64,000 bases of DNA from Terriglobia bacterium (lineage in GTDB: Bacteria; Acidobacteriota; Polarisedimenticolia; Polarisedimenticolales; JAIQFR01), in NCBI GenBank assembly GCA_963748015.1, contig CAVVHE010000004.1, positions 320,001-384,000 on the forward strand. Direction: 5' to 3'. Below are positions 9,098 through 19,183 of this stretch, piece by piece. A program made the position numbers and the translations under genes. How positions within the stretch are numbered: the stretch's first letter is position 1; each line of letters starts with the position of its first letter. Below the pieces are notes generated by a model, which was not told the DNA's origin, searched no databases, and was given only the letters and a program-made list of their open reading frames with translations.

Positions 9098-10546
9098 ATG
9101 GTGACCATCAAGCGCGACGACGCGGTGCCGTCCGGCGGTCCCGCCGCGCGGGAGCCGGAGAGCCGCCACCCCGCGAAGACGCTCCCCGCGGGGCTCGTGG
9201 AGCGGTTCCTCGGGAAGCCGCCGTCCGAGTGGACCGAGGGGGACCTGGTGGACCTGGTCTTCGACCGGGGGATCCGCCTGATCAGCCTCATGCACGTCGG
9301 CGGGGACGGCTGGCTCAAGACGCTCGACTTCGTGCCGCGAGGCCTCTCGCACCTCAAGGACATCCTCTCGGGGGGCGAGCGGGCGGACGGTTCGAGCCTG
9401 TTCAGGGGACTCGGGATCCCCTCCGGCGCTTCGGACATCGTGCTGCGACCCAGGCTGAACACGGCGTTCCTCGACCCGTTCTCCGAGCTGCCCGCGCTCG
9501 TGCTCCTCTGCGGCCACCACGGCCGCGACGGCGAGCCGCTGCCCCAGTCGCCGGCGACGATCCTGCGCCGCGCCCACGAGCGGCTCCGGCGGGAGACCGG
9601 CACCGAGCTGTGGGCGCTCGGCGAGATCGAGTACTTCCTGGGGAAGAGGCCGGCCGAAGGCGACATCTACGGCGCCGACGATCGGGGGTACCACGCCAGC
9701 TCCCCCTTCGTCTTCGGGGAGCCGCTGAGGCGCAAGGCGATGGCGGTGCTGGCGGAGATAGGGGTCCCGATCAAGTACGGCCACAGCGAGGTCGGCTACA
9801 TCGAGGCAAGGGAGCCCGACCCGGTCATCTGGGAGCAGCACGAGATCGAGCTCGCGCTGGCCCCGCTCCCGGAGGCGGCGCGATCGGTCGTCCTCACGCA
9901 GTGGGTGCTTCGCAACCTGGCGCACCGGAGCGGCATGCTGTGCAACTTCGCGCCGATCGTGCGCGAGGGGCACGCCGGCAACGGACTGCACTTCCACCTC
10001 TCCCCCGTGTCGGACGGCAGGCACGTGGCGATACGGAACGCGGAAGGGGCGCTCGCGGCCGAGGCGAAATGGCTGATCGCCGGCCTCGTAACCCTCGGGG
10101 CGTCGCTCATGGCGTTCGGGAACCGGGCCCAGGGCTCCTTCGTTCGCCTGAGCCAGGGCAAGGAATCCCCGAGGGCGATCTACTGGGGGGATTACGATCG
10201 GCGCGCGCTCATCCGGCTACCGATCGTCCCCAAGACGGCCGACGGCAGGATCGTGAGCCCAAGTACGGTGGAGTTCCGCCTCCCCGACGGGTCGGCGCAT
10301 CCCTACCTGCTCCTCGCCGGCGTCGCGCAGGCGATGCTGCACGGCCGCGCGACCGAGCGGATCGACGACCTGATCGAGGCGGCGTCGGCGGCGGGCGCGC
10401 GCGGAGGCGCCGGACCGGTTTCGCCGGTGCCGCACGACCCCCGCGAGGTCGCGGAGGCGCTCGTCGCGGGCCGGGCGGCGCTGGAGAGCGGGGGAGTCTT
10501 CCCGCCGGTCCTGATCGACGAGGTGCTCGCGCGCCTCGGGAGCTAG
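9098..10546 (+). CDS. Glutamine synthetase family protein
   Basis: DGSS, GEIEYF, HSEVG, QHEIE, GNGLHFHLS, RRALIRLP and VEFRLPDGSAHPYL catalytic motifs. Confidence 0.85.
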   Translation: MVTIKRDDAVPSGGPAAREPESRHPAKTLPAGLVERFLGKPPSEWTEGDLVDLVFDRGIRLISLMHVGGDGWLKTLDFVPRGLSHLKDILSGGERADGSSLFRGLGIPSGASDIVLRPRLNTAFLDPFSELPALVLLCGHHGRDGEPLPQSPATILRRAHERLRRETGTELWALGEIEYFLGKRPAEGDIYGADDRGYHASSPFVFGEPLRRKAMAVLAEIGVPIKYGHSEVGYIEAREPDPVIWEQHEIELALAPLPEAARSVVLTQWVLRNLAHRSGMLCNFAPIVREGHAGNGLHFHLSPVSDGRHVAIRNAEGALAAEAKWLIAGLVTLGASLMAFGNRAQGSFVRLSQGKESPRAIYWGDYDRRALIRLPIVPKTADGRIVSPSTVEFRLPDGSAHPYLLLAGVAQAMLHGRATERIDDLIEAASAAGARGGAGPVSPVPHDPREVAEALVAGRAALESGGVFPPVLIDEVLARLGS

Positions 10547-10562
10547 TCGATTCGGGAGTCGG

Positions 10563-11351
10563 CTACTGCCACTTGATCTGCGAGCCCCAGACGCTGTGGG
10601 GAATCGCGAAGACGACGAGCGTGATCACGGCCGCGGCCAGGACGTCCCACCGGGCGGTCCGGCCGCCGCGAACCCGCCACGCCGCCCAGGCCCAGGCGAC
10701 CGCCGCGATCAACGTCTTGTTGTCGGTCAGGTCGTAGCCGAACGGCACGCCGGTCCAGTAGGCGCCGAACGCGTACTTCTGCACGATCGGCCCGAGGACC
10801 AGCCCTCCAACGACGATGAAGGCGAGCGTGACGAACGCGAGCCGGCGCGGGTTGCCCGAAGCGCGCAGCGCCTCGAGGCCCGCCCGGTTCGAGACGAGCA
10901 TGCCGAGGAACATCATCAGCACGTGGGGCGCCAGGATCGCGGCCGGTACGTGCCCCTTGAATCGGGTGACCGCCGGGAGCGGCGGGAAGAGCTTGCTCTC
11001 GTCGCCCCGCACCATGCGGACCTGGTACTCGAGCTTGCCGGCCGGAGGCTGGTGCGGAAGGGCCGCGGCCAGCCAATCCCCCTCGCGCTCCATCGGGATC
11101 ACCGACCACGGCTCCGACGTCGGGAAGCGGCGCCACGCGACCTCGCCGCTCACCGCGGCGTCCTCGACCCGGATCCTGACCGGCTGATCGGTCTCGCCGC
11201 CGTTCGAGCGCGCGAGGTGGATCGGCACTTCCCGTCCGCCCAGCGAGAGCGTCCCTTCCACCGGATAGGTCGGGCCGGTTCTCCTCTGCCACGCGGCGGC
11301 GGTCAGGGTGAGGGCGACGGCGAGGATCCAGAGCACGGCGCTGCGCTTCAT
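10563..11351 (-). CDS. Hypothetical membrane protein (N-terminal anchor, soluble beta domain, about 4 C-terminal TMs)
   Basis: Start MKRSAVLWILAVAL; hydrophobic segments; conserved-looking QKYAFGAYWTGVPFGYDLTDNKTL. Confidence 0.7.
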   Translation of the reverse strand: MKRSAVLWILAVALTLTAAAWQRRTGPTYPVEGTLSLGGREVPIHLARSNGGETDQPVRIRVEDAAVSGEVAWRRFPTSEPWSVIPMEREGDWLAAALPHQPPAGKLEYQVRMVRGDESKLFPPLPAVTRFKGHVPAAILAPHVLMMFLGMLVSNRAGLEALRASGNPRRLAFVTLAFIVVGGLVLGPIVQKYAFGAYWTGVPFGYDLTDNKTLIAAVAWAWAAWRVRGGRTARWDVLAAAVITLVVFAIPHSVWGSQIKWQ

Positions 11352-11539
11352 TCCGGGTTCTCCGTGGCTCGAAAACCGACAGTCTAGAGAGGGGCCGGCC
11401 GGAAGGCAACCGCGAGGATCGGGGAAACCTCCGCCTCCGCCCGCGCGTACCACTCACCCGCTCGTCGTGTGTCCGGGAGGGCGACGGCCCTCCGCTCGAG
11501 AAGCCGCTTGCGAGCAGACGCCAGATCATCGGAGGAGCC

Positions 11540-14500
11540 ATGAGGAGATCCCGCTGGGCCGCAGTGTGTCTTTTCGCCGGAATCGGCATCCTCGTCGTCG
11601 CCGCGGCCGCGGCCGACGCGGCCGCGAAGCCCTCCTACTTCCGCTATCCGGACCTGAACGGAGACCGGCTGGTGTTCTCGGCCGAGGCCGACCTCTGGGT
11701 CGCCGCCGCGTCCGGCGGGGCGGCCCGCCGGCTGACCAGCCACCCCGGCACGGAGTACTACCCCAAGTTCTCGCCGGACGGCACGAAGATCGCCTTCACC
11801 GGCGAGTACGACGGCAACCCCGACGTGTACGTGATCCCGTCGGAGGGCGGCGAGCCCAGGCGGATTACCTGGCTCCCCGGTCCGGACCAGGTCATCGGCT
11901 GGACACCCGACGGGAAGAAGATCGTCTTCCGCAGGCCGAACGAGCCGCCGAGTTCCGAGATGGCGCTGTACACGATCCCGGCGGAGGGGGGCGACCCCGA
12001 GAAGCTGCCCCTCGGCTGGGCGGCCCGGATCGCCATCGATCCCCAGACGGGCACCTGGGCGTTCAACCGGAAATCCTGGGAGAACGCCACGTGGAAGCGC
12101 TACCGGGGAGGCACGGCGCCCGACATCTGGGTCGGCCACCCCGACCGCCGGGACTTCCGCGCCGTGACGACCTTCGAAGGGGTCAACTCGTTCCCGATGT
12201 GGAGCGGCGGGCGGATCTACTACTTGAGCGACCAGGGCGGGACCGTGAACATCTGGTCCATGCGTCCGGACGGGAGCGACGGCAAGCGCCACACCGACTT
12301 CAAGGACTGGGACGCGCGCTGGCCTTCCATGAGCCCCGACGGGCGCATCGCGTTCGTCCTCGGCGCCGACATCCACCTGTTCGACGTCGCGTCCGATCGA
12401 GAGCGCAAGGTGGAGGTGGATCTTCCGAGCGACCTCACGCTGACGCGCGTTCGCTACCCCGATTCGGGCCGCTCGCTGACCTGGTTCGACATCGCGCCCG
12501 ACGGCAGCCGCCTCGCGGTCGTCACGCGAGGGGAGATCTTCTCGGTTCCGGCGAAGGAGGGGGTCACGCTCCCGGTGAGCCGCGGCAGCGGCGCCCGGGA
12601 GAGCTGGGCCGGCTTCGATCCCGAGGGGAAGAAGCTCGTCTACGTCACCGACGCCCCGCGCGAGGAGGAGATCCGCGCGATCGATGCGTGGGGACGCGGC
12701 CAGCCCAAGACGATCGTCCCGGCGGGAGAAAAAGGCTGGCATCTGCCCCCCGTGTTCTCCGCCGACGGGAAGTGGATCGCTTTCGCCGACGAGACGCAGA
12801 CGCTGTACGTGGTCCCTTCCGAAGGCGGGACGCCGAAGGCGGTGGATCGCGGCACGCAGGCCGAGATCCGCGAGTACGTCTTCAGCCCGGACGGGAGGTG
12901 GCTCGCCTACACGAAGGCGCGCCCGACGGACTACGCCTCCATCTACCTCTACGACACGAAGGAAGGGAAGATCCACGAGGTGACCGGCTCTACCACCAAC
13001 GACCGTTCCCCGGCGTGGGACCCCGACGGCCGGTACCTCTACTTCCTGAGTGACCGCAACGCCAACCCGATCCTCGGCAATCGGGACTGGGACAACGTCG
13101 AGGCCAAGAATACGAAGATCTACGCCGTGCTCCTGAAGAAGGACGTCAAGCACCCGTTCGTTCCTCTCGAGGGAATGCCCCCGGCGGAGGACAAGAAGGA
13201 CGCGGCCAAGGACGGGGACAAGGACAAGGCGAAGGACGAGAAGGGCGAGAAGGGCGAGAAGGGGAAGGACGGGAAGGCCGACGAGAAGAAGCCCCCGAAG
13301 CCGGTCGAGATCGATCTCGACGGCCTGGCCGCGCGCGTCGTGGAGTTGCCGGTCCCGATCGGCTCGTATTTCGGCCTCGGGGCGACCTCGAAGCAGGTGT
13401 TCTACCTCTCGGCCCCGCTCAAGGGGTTCGCCGAGCAGCCGGGGCTGTTCGAGGAGCCGGAGCCCGACGCCACGCTGATGGCCTTCGAGCTCGACAAGAA
13501 GGAGCCCGCGCCGTTCGTCGAGGGAGTCTCCTCCTTCAGGATCGCGGCGAAGGGCGAGAAGATCGCCGTGATGAAGAAACGCGGAGAGATCTACGTCGTG
13601 GCGACCGCGGCTCCTCCCGGCCCCGAGCTGGCCAAGTCGAAGGTCGATCTCGGCGGGATCGTGATCGAGCTCGACCCGCGCGAGGAGTGGGCGCAGATGT
13701 ACTTCGAGGGCTGGCGCCACATGCGCGAGTTCTTCTGGGATCCCGGGATGGGGAACGTGGACTGGAAGGGCGTGCGGGACCGGTACGCCACCCTGCTGCC
13801 GCGGCTGGCCAACCGCGAGGACCTGCGCGACCTGCTGGGCGAGGTCATCGGTGAGCTGAACAACTCCCACACCTATGTCTGGGGAGGCGACCCCGGCGTC
13901 CAGCTCCGGCGCGTCGCGACCGGACTCCTCGGGGCCGAGCTCGCACGCGAGGGGGACGCCTACAAGGTGACGCGAATCTACCGCGGCGACCCCGCAGACG
14001 GAGTCCGGTCCCCGCTCGAGGAGCCGGGCTCGATCGTGTCCGCCGGCGAGTACATCCTCGAGGTGAACCACCAGCCGTTCCCCAAGGGGCTTCCCTTCGA
14101 GGCCTCGATGGAGAACCTCGCGGGCAAGGCGACGGTGCTGACCGTCAACGGCAAGGCGTCGAAGGAAGGCGCCCGCGAGGTCGTGGTGACCCCGCTTCCG
14201 TCCGACCAGGATCTCCGCTACGCGGACTGGGTCCGCGTCAACCGCGAGTACGTCGCCACGAAGAGCGGCGGGAAGATCGGCTACGTTCACATCCCCGACA
14301 TGTGGAAGGACGGGCTGATCCGGTTCAACACCTGGTTCTACCCGCAGCTCGACAAGGAGGGGATGATCGTGGACGCCCGCTGGAACGGCGGCGGGGCGGT
14401 CTCCCAGATGATCGTCGAGCGGCTTCGCCGCAGGATCCTGAGTTTCGACCGCGCGCGCGGCGGCGGGATCAGCCGCTATCCGCAGGCGGTCCTGAACGGC

Positions 14501-14902
14501 CCGTTCGTCGTGCTGACCAACGAGTTCGCCGGATCCGACGGCGACATCTTCCCGGCGGCGATCCAGCTCGAGAAGCTGGCGCCGGTGATCGGTATGCGGT
14601 CGTGGGGAGGCGTGGTCGGGATCCGGGGGGACAAGAACCTCGTCGACGGCGGCATGCTCACCCAGCCGGAGTTCGCGTGGTGGGAGCCCAAGAGAGGGTG
14701 GGCCATCGAGAACCACGGCGTCGATCCCGACATCCCGATCCAGAACCTCCCGCAGGACCTCGCGCGGGGGGTGGACGCGCAACTCGACCGCGCGCTCGAC
14801 GAGGTGCTCAAGCTGCGGAAGGAGCACCCGCCCATCGAGCCCATCTTCGGGCCGGTCCGCGACAGGAGCCGGGACGGGTTCAAGCAGGAGTTGAAGAAGT
14901 AG
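11540..14902 (+). CDS. Tricorn protease homolog (S41B) with beta-propellers and PDZ
   Basis: Signal peptide; PD40-like repeats (PKFSPDG); WKRYRGG; IGELNNSHTY; DARWNGGG; AGSDGD; RSWGGVVG; ENHGVDPD. Confidence 0.93.
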   Translation: MRRSRWAAVCLFAGIGILVVAAAAADAAAKPSYFRYPDLNGDRLVFSAEADLWVAAASGGAARRLTSHPGTEYYPKFSPDGTKIAFTGEYDGNPDVYVIPSEGGEPRRITWLPGPDQVIGWTPDGKKIVFRRPNEPPSSEMALYTIPAEGGDPEKLPLGWAARIAIDPQTGTWAFNRKSWENATWKRYRGGTAPDIWVGHPDRRDFRAVTTFEGVNSFPMWSGGRIYYLSDQGGTVNIWSMRPDGSDGKRHTDFKDWDARWPSMSPDGRIAFVLGADIHLFDVASDRERKVEVDLPSDLTLTRVRYPDSGRSLTWFDIAPDGSRLAVVTRGEIFSVPAKEGVTLPVSRGSGARESWAGFDPEGKKLVYVTDAPREEEIRAIDAWGRGQPKTIVPAGEKGWHLPPVFSADGKWIAFADETQTLYVVPSEGGTPKAVDRGTQAEIREYVFSPDGRWLAYTKARPTDYASIYLYDTKEGKIHEVTGSTTNDRSPAWDPDGRYLYFLSDRNANPILGNRDWDNVEAKNTKIYAVLLKKDVKHPFVPLEGMPPAEDKKDAAKDGDKDKAKDEKGEKGEKGKDGKADEKKPPKPVEIDLDGLAARVVELPVPIGSYFGLGATSKQVFYLSAPLKGFAEQPGLFEEPEPDATLMAFELDKKEPAPFVEGVSSFRIAAKGEKIAVMKKRGEIYVVATAAPPGPELAKSKVDLGGIVIELDPREEWAQMYFEGWRHMREFFWDPGMGNVDWKGVRDRYATLLPRLANREDLRDLLGEVIGELNNSHTYVWGGDPGVQLRRVATGLLGAELAREGDAYKVTRIYRGDPADGVRSPLEEPGSIVSAGEYILEVNHQPFPKGLPFEASMENLAGKATVLTVNGKASKEGAREVVVTPLPSDQDLRYADWVRVNREYVATKSGGKIGYVHIPDMWKDGLIRFNTWFYPQLDKEGMIVDARWNGGGAVSQMIVERLRRRILSFDRARGGGISRYPQAVLNGPFVVLTNEFAGSDGDIFPAAIQLEKLAPVIGMRSWGGVVGIRGDKNLVDGGMLTQPEFAWWEPKRGWAIENHGVDPDIPIQNLPQDLARGVDAQLDRALDEVLKLRKEHPPIEPIFGPVRDRSRDGFKQELKK

Positions 14903-14914
14903 CGCCCGGCCGCT

Positions 14915-16702
14915 CTACCGGGGGGCGGGGCTCTCGTCCCGCTCCCCGGAGAGCCGATTCATGAATTCCTCGGGCGGGGAGAAGCCGAGCCGCCGCGCCG
15001 ACTCGACCTGCTCGCGAGCCTCCGCATCCCTTCCCGCCATGTGAAGCGCCACCGCAAGGTTGAATCGCGCCTCCGCGAACTCCGGGCGCAGCCGCACGGC
15101 CTCCTCGCAGTGGCGTATTCCGTCCTCGAGTCTCCCTTGCCGGGCCAAGAGAATGCCGAGGTTGTTGTGGGCCTCGGGGTAGTCCGGCTCGAGGGCGAGC
15201 GCGCGCTCGTAGCGCTCCCGTGCCTCGCCCGCGCGGCCCCGGGCCGCGAGCGCGGCTCCGAGGTTGTACTGGATTTGGGCGTCGTCCGGACGGAGCCGCG
15301 CCGCCGCCTCGTAGTGGGTCAGCGCCTCGTCCCTTCGTCCCTCGCGCGAGAGCGCGGTGCCGAGGTCGAGGTGCGCGAGGTAGTTCCCCTCCGTGACGGC
15401 CAGCGCGTGCTCGAACAGGGCGATCGAGCTCTTCCAGGTCGCGGCCTGGGCCCGGGTGAGCAGCGCGAGCGCGAGCAGAACCGCGCCGGCGGCGGCGGGC
15501 AGGGCCCATCGCGCGGCGTGCCCGGCGTCCGCGGCCCGGCCGCGTCCCTTGCCGGCCGCGGCGAGGAGCGCGCCGAGGGCGTCGGGGATCCCCCAGGCCG
15601 CCGCGACGAAGATCCCGACGAGGGGGACGTAGGTGTAGCGGTCGGCCATGGCCTGCTCGCCCACCTGTACGAGGCCGATCACCGGAAGCAGCGTGACGAG
15701 GTACCAGAGCCAGCCGGCGAGAAGGTAGGGGCGCCTTCTCCGGAGCCGCACGGCAAGAAGCGTGACGGTCACGAGGAGCGCCGCCGCGGCCGCCGGTTTC
15801 CACATGGGGAGGGAAGCCCCCGGGTGGGGATAGAACACCGCGAGTGCTGAGGGCCACGCCGTCTTGCCGAGGTACGCGGCGCAGGCGACGAGGGCGTTGG
15901 CGGCACGGACTCCGAGCGGGAACTCCTGCAGCGAGCCGACGGCGGGACCCGACGCCTGCACCGCCACGGTGACGGCGGCGGACGCCGCGGAGAGCGCGAG
16001 CAGCGGGACCTTCTCGCCGAGGAGCCGCGCCGCGCCGCGCCACGCGCCGCCTCCCGGTCCGCGGTCCGGCCATCTCGCCAGGGGCCAGAAGTCCAGGAGC
16101 AGCAGGGTCAGGGGCAGCGTCACCAGCATCGGCTTCGCCGCGAGGCCGGCGGCGAAGAGCGCCGCGGCGAGGAGATAGCGCGCCCACCCTCCGGCCCGCG
16201 TCCACCGGACGTACGCCGCGGCCGCGAGGAGCCAGAGCAGCGTGCTGAGAACGTCCTTTCGCTCTGCGACCCACGCGACCGACTCGACGTGGAGCGGGTG
16301 GAGGGCGAACAACGCCGCGGCGAAGGCGCTGCGCCCCGTCGCCCCGGTCGCGCGATCGAGCAGGAGGAAGAGCAGCACCGCGTTCGCCACGTGGAGGAGG
16401 AGGCTCGTGAGGTGGTGTCCCCACGCGGCCGCGCCGAAGAGCCGCCAGTCGATCATGTGGGACAGCCAGGTCAGCGGGTGCCAGTTCGAGGCGTACCCGC
16501 TCGTCAGCGCCCAGCGCAGCGCCTCCCAGGAGAGCCCGCCGTGCACGTTGGGGTTCCGGAGGACGTACCGCTCGTCGTCGTAGATCACGAACCCGGCGGA
16601 GAGAACGGGGGAGAACGCGGCGAGGGTCGCACCGGCGAGGAGCAGGGCGGCGAACACGCGGGTCGAGGCCGCCTTGTCGGAGGTTCGTCCGGGGCGCGTC
16701 AC
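14915..16702 (-). CDS. TMTC-like GT-C membrane glycosyltransferase with C-terminal TPRs
   Basis: FVIYDD, NWHPLTWLSH, HPLHVESVAWVAERKDVL, KPMLVTLP, QAMADRYTY, followed by TPRs (AHNNLG). Confidence 0.8.
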   Translation of the reverse strand: MTRPGRTSDKAASTRVFAALLLAGATLAAFSPVLSAGFVIYDDERYVLRNPNVHGGLSWEALRWALTSGYASNWHPLTWLSHMIDWRLFGAAAWGHHLTSLLLHVANAVLLFLLLDRATGATGRSAFAAALFALHPLHVESVAWVAERKDVLSTLLWLLAAAAYVRWTRAGGWARYLLAAALFAAGLAAKPMLVTLPLTLLLLDFWPLARWPDRGPGGGAWRGAARLLGEKVPLLALSAASAAVTVAVQASGPAVGSLQEFPLGVRAANALVACAAYLGKTAWPSALAVFYPHPGASLPMWKPAAAAALLVTVTLLAVRLRRRRPYLLAGWLWYLVTLLPVIGLVQVGEQAMADRYTYVPLVGIFVAAAWGIPDALGALLAAAGKGRGRAADAGHAARWALPAAAGAVLLALALLTRAQAATWKSSIALFEHALAVTEGNYLAHLDLGTALSREGRRDEALTHYEAAARLRPDDAQIQYNLGAALAARGRAGEARERYERALALEPDYPEAHNNLGILLARQGRLEDGIRHCEEAVRLRPEFAEARFNLAVALHMAGRDAEAREQVESARRLGFSPPEEFMNRLSGERDESPAPR

Positions 16703-16851
16703 GGCGGCATTCTATCGGGAGACCGGACCGGGGCGCACGGAAATCGAGCGGTGACGCCCGCCGGCGCGGGTGCGGACCCCGCGGCGCTTCTTTGCTAGAC
16801 TACCCGCCCACCGGGGATTGCGCCGCCGGCGCCACCGGCCGAGGAGACGCC

Positions 16852-17364
16852 ATGGACCACGCCACCCGCAAGATCGTCCTGGAAGCGGTCAAGACAGCGA
16901 TCATCACGGAGCTCCGAGGGCTCGAGATTTACAAGGCGGCCGCCGAGCGCACCGCCGACCCCGCCGCGAAGCAGATGTTCCACTCCCTCGCGGAGGACGA
17001 GCGCCACCACAAGGAGTTCCTGGAGAAGAACTTCAAGAGCCTGCTGGAGTCGGGGGAGTGGTCCGTTCCCGCCACGCCCGCGAACCTCTCGCCGCTCGAC
17101 CATTCGGACATCTTGACGCCGGAGTTCCTGCAGCGGGTCAGGGGCGGGGACTTCGAGATGGCGGTCGTGGCCGCGGGGTGCCAGCTCGAGCTGTCGGCGA
17201 TCAACTTCTACAAGAAGGCCGCCGTCGAGTGCCCCGACGAGGAGTCCGCGAAGGTCTTCGGCTTCCTCGCCGACTGGGAGGCGGAGCACCTCGAGAGCCT
17301 CACCCGCCTCGAGGAGCGGATGAAGGACCAGTACTTCGCCGACCTCGGCTTCAGCCCGATGTAA
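16852..17364 (+). CDS. Ferritin-like/rubrerythrin-family di-iron protein
   Basis: GAGGAG RBS; two E...ExxH repeats (ELRG..DERHH; ELSA..WEAEH). Confidence 0.85.
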   Translation: MDHATRKIVLEAVKTAIITELRGLEIYKAAAERTADPAAKQMFHSLAEDERHHKEFLEKNFKSLLESGEWSVPATPANLSPLDHSDILTPEFLQRVRGGDFEMAVVAAGCQLELSAINFYKKAAVECPDEESAKVFGFLADWEAEHLESLTRLEERMKDQYFADLGFSPM

Positions 17365-17373
17365 CCCGCGGCC

Positions 17374-18267
17374 TCACGATCCCGAGGCGATCAGCAGGGT
17401 CGCCGCCAGCGCCGCGTTCGTCAGGAGGTTCCACCCGACGTTCGCGGCGAGCGCCGGCACCGGAACGGGCTGTTTCGGGTCCGTGAAGGCCCAGCGGAGC
17501 GGGAGCGCCAGCAGCAGCGACGGGAGCGCGGCGAACAGGCACACCTTCGGTAGGGCCTGCGCGGAAACGGCCACGAAGATCGAGGCGGGGGTCAGAAGGG
17601 CTACCGTCGCGTAGACGAGCGCCGCAGCACGCCGCCCGAGCAGGATGACGAGATGCTTCCTCCCTCCCTCGCGATCCGCCTCCACGTCGGGGAATTCGTT
17701 CAGCAGGAGAAGGTTGAAGGTCATCAGGAACGCGGGAACTGCGGCGGCGAACGCCTCGACCGGAAGGTTGCCGTTCTGGACCAACGCGGTACCCAGGACG
17801 GGGAGCGCGCCGAGGCCCAGTCCCGCCGCGAGCTCACCCGCTCCCCGGCGCGCAAGGATATCGGCGTAGGCGAGCACGCACACCGCCCCGACCACGAGGA
17901 TCGGGAGGAGGACCGGGCCGACCTCGAGGAGCAGCACGATGCCGATCGCGAGACCGATCCCCGCCGTGGCGAGCCCGAAGAGAAAGGCGGCCCGCGGAGG
18001 CAGCGCTCCCGCGGGCAGGGTCCCGCTTCCTCCCGAGAACGGCGTGCGCCGGGTCTTGAGATCGATCCCGGTCCTGAAATCGCTCGCCTCGTTCAGCGCG
18101 TTCACCGAGATGTGGAGGGCCACGAGGCCGACGAGCGACAGCAGCGTCCGGCGCCAGTCCACGACGTCGGCGTAGGCGGCCGCCGCCGCTCCCGAAGCGA
18201 CCAGGGTGACGGGAAGGAGGAGAAACGGCGCGCGCGCCACGCCGAGCCAGGCCTTCAAGGTCGCCAT
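17374..18267 (-). CDS. menA: UbiA/MenA-family prenyltransferase (probable DHNA prenyltransferase)
   Basis: Start MATLKAWLGVARAPFL; NEASDFRTGID, TPFSGGSG and NEFPDVEADREGGRKHL Asp-rich motifs; multi-TM. Confidence 0.75.
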   Translation of the reverse strand: MATLKAWLGVARAPFLLLPVTLVASGAAAAAYADVVDWRRTLLSLVGLVALHISVNALNEASDFRTGIDLKTRRTPFSGGSGTLPAGALPPRAAFLFGLATAGIGLAIGIVLLLEVGPVLLPILVVGAVCVLAYADILARRGAGELAAGLGLGALPVLGTALVQNGNLPVEAFAAAVPAFLMTFNLLLLNEFPDVEADREGGRKHLVILLGRRAAALVYATVALLTPASIFVAVSAQALPKVCLFAALPSLLLALPLRWAFTDPKQPVPVPALAANVGWNLLTNAALAATLLIASGS

Positions 18268-18429
18268 GACACCCTCCGGTTCTCCCGCCCATTCTAGCCC
18301 TCCCGGCCGAGGGGAGCGCGGGGCCGCGGGGCGCCCCAAGGGGATGCGGATCGCGCCCACCCGTTGCATAATGCCCCGGCCAACGCGGTACCGGACGGGT
18401 GGTCCGGCCCACCCATCGAGGAGAGGCTC

Positions 18430-18933
18430 ATGAATCGCAAGAAGAGTATCGACCTGCTCAACCACGCGGCCGCCGACGAGCTCCATGCGGTGCACCAGTA
18501 CATGTACTTCCACTTCCACCTCGACGACCAGGGGTTCGGGCCCCTGGCGATGCTCTTCAAGAGGACCGCGATCGAGGAGATGATGCACATCGAGCTCCTC
18601 GCCGAGCGGATCCTGTTCCTGAAGGGGGAGGTGGAGCTGGTCGCGGCGGGCGAGGTCGAGAAGATCAACGAGCCGCAGGCGATGCTCCTCAAGGCGGCCC
18701 AGATGGAACAGTCCAGCGCGGCGTTCTACAACAAGGCCGCGTCGGAGTGCGGCTCGCTGCAGGACTCCGCGTCGAAGCAGATCTTCGAGCGGCTGGTCGG
18801 CGACGAGGAGCGTCACTTCGACCAGTACGACAAGCAGCTCGAGCACATCAAGCAGTTCGGCGAGAAGTACCTCGCGCTGCAGTCCTTCGCCGGCCCGGGC
18901 GACGCGGGCGGCCCGCCTGCCACCAAGCCCTGA
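18430..18933 (+). CDS. bfr: Bacterioferritin
   Basis: ELHAVHQYMYFH, IEEMMH (heme Met), LAERILFLKG and DEERH ferroxidase motifs. Confidence 0.88.
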   Translation: MNRKKSIDLLNHAAADELHAVHQYMYFHFHLDDQGFGPLAMLFKRTAIEEMMHIELLAERILFLKGEVELVAAGEVEKINEPQAMLLKAAQMEQSSAAFYNKAASECGSLQDSASKQIFERLVGDEERHFDQYDKQLEHIKQFGEKYLALQSFAGPGDAGGPPATKP

Positions 18934-19104
18934 TTCCACGGCGCGGGGGGGGACGCCCGGACGCGGACCGGGCGCCCGCGGGTTTGCCGGAAAATCGAAA
19001 AAAGACCTGACATGGCTCGGGTCGAGTTGTATCTAGTAGTTAGACAAGTTCGTGCCGGCGGGAGCGGGAAGACTCGATCGTCACTACCGGCTGATGTAGC
19101 GGAT

Positions 19105-19119
19105 TGGCACGTCGGGAGC
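19105..19119 (+). promoter_or_regulatory. Possible sigma54 -24/-12 promoter of the bEBP gene
   Basis: TGGCACGTCGGGAGC: perfect TGGCAC -24 and correct GG-N10-GC spacing, but a non-consensus -12 (GAGC). Confidence 0.45.
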
Positions 19120-19183
19120 CGCAGTCGATAACGGGGCAGTGGGCGCCCCGAATCGACCTGCGTCGCCAAGGAGGCGATTCCAC

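Noticed and set aside
13185..13300. Purine-rich low-complexity repeats
   Set aside because: They encode the Lys/Asp/Glu linker commonly found in tricorn homologs.
11384..14827. Very long antisense or alternate-frame ORFs (also 27829-30744, 41566-45093, 61235-63949)
   Set aside because: Shadow ORFs expected in high-GC DNA; they overlap well-supported genes and have no motifs.
16852..18933. Encapsulin cargo system around the two ferritin-like genes
   Set aside because: No encapsulin shell gene and no LxIGSL-type targeting peptide.
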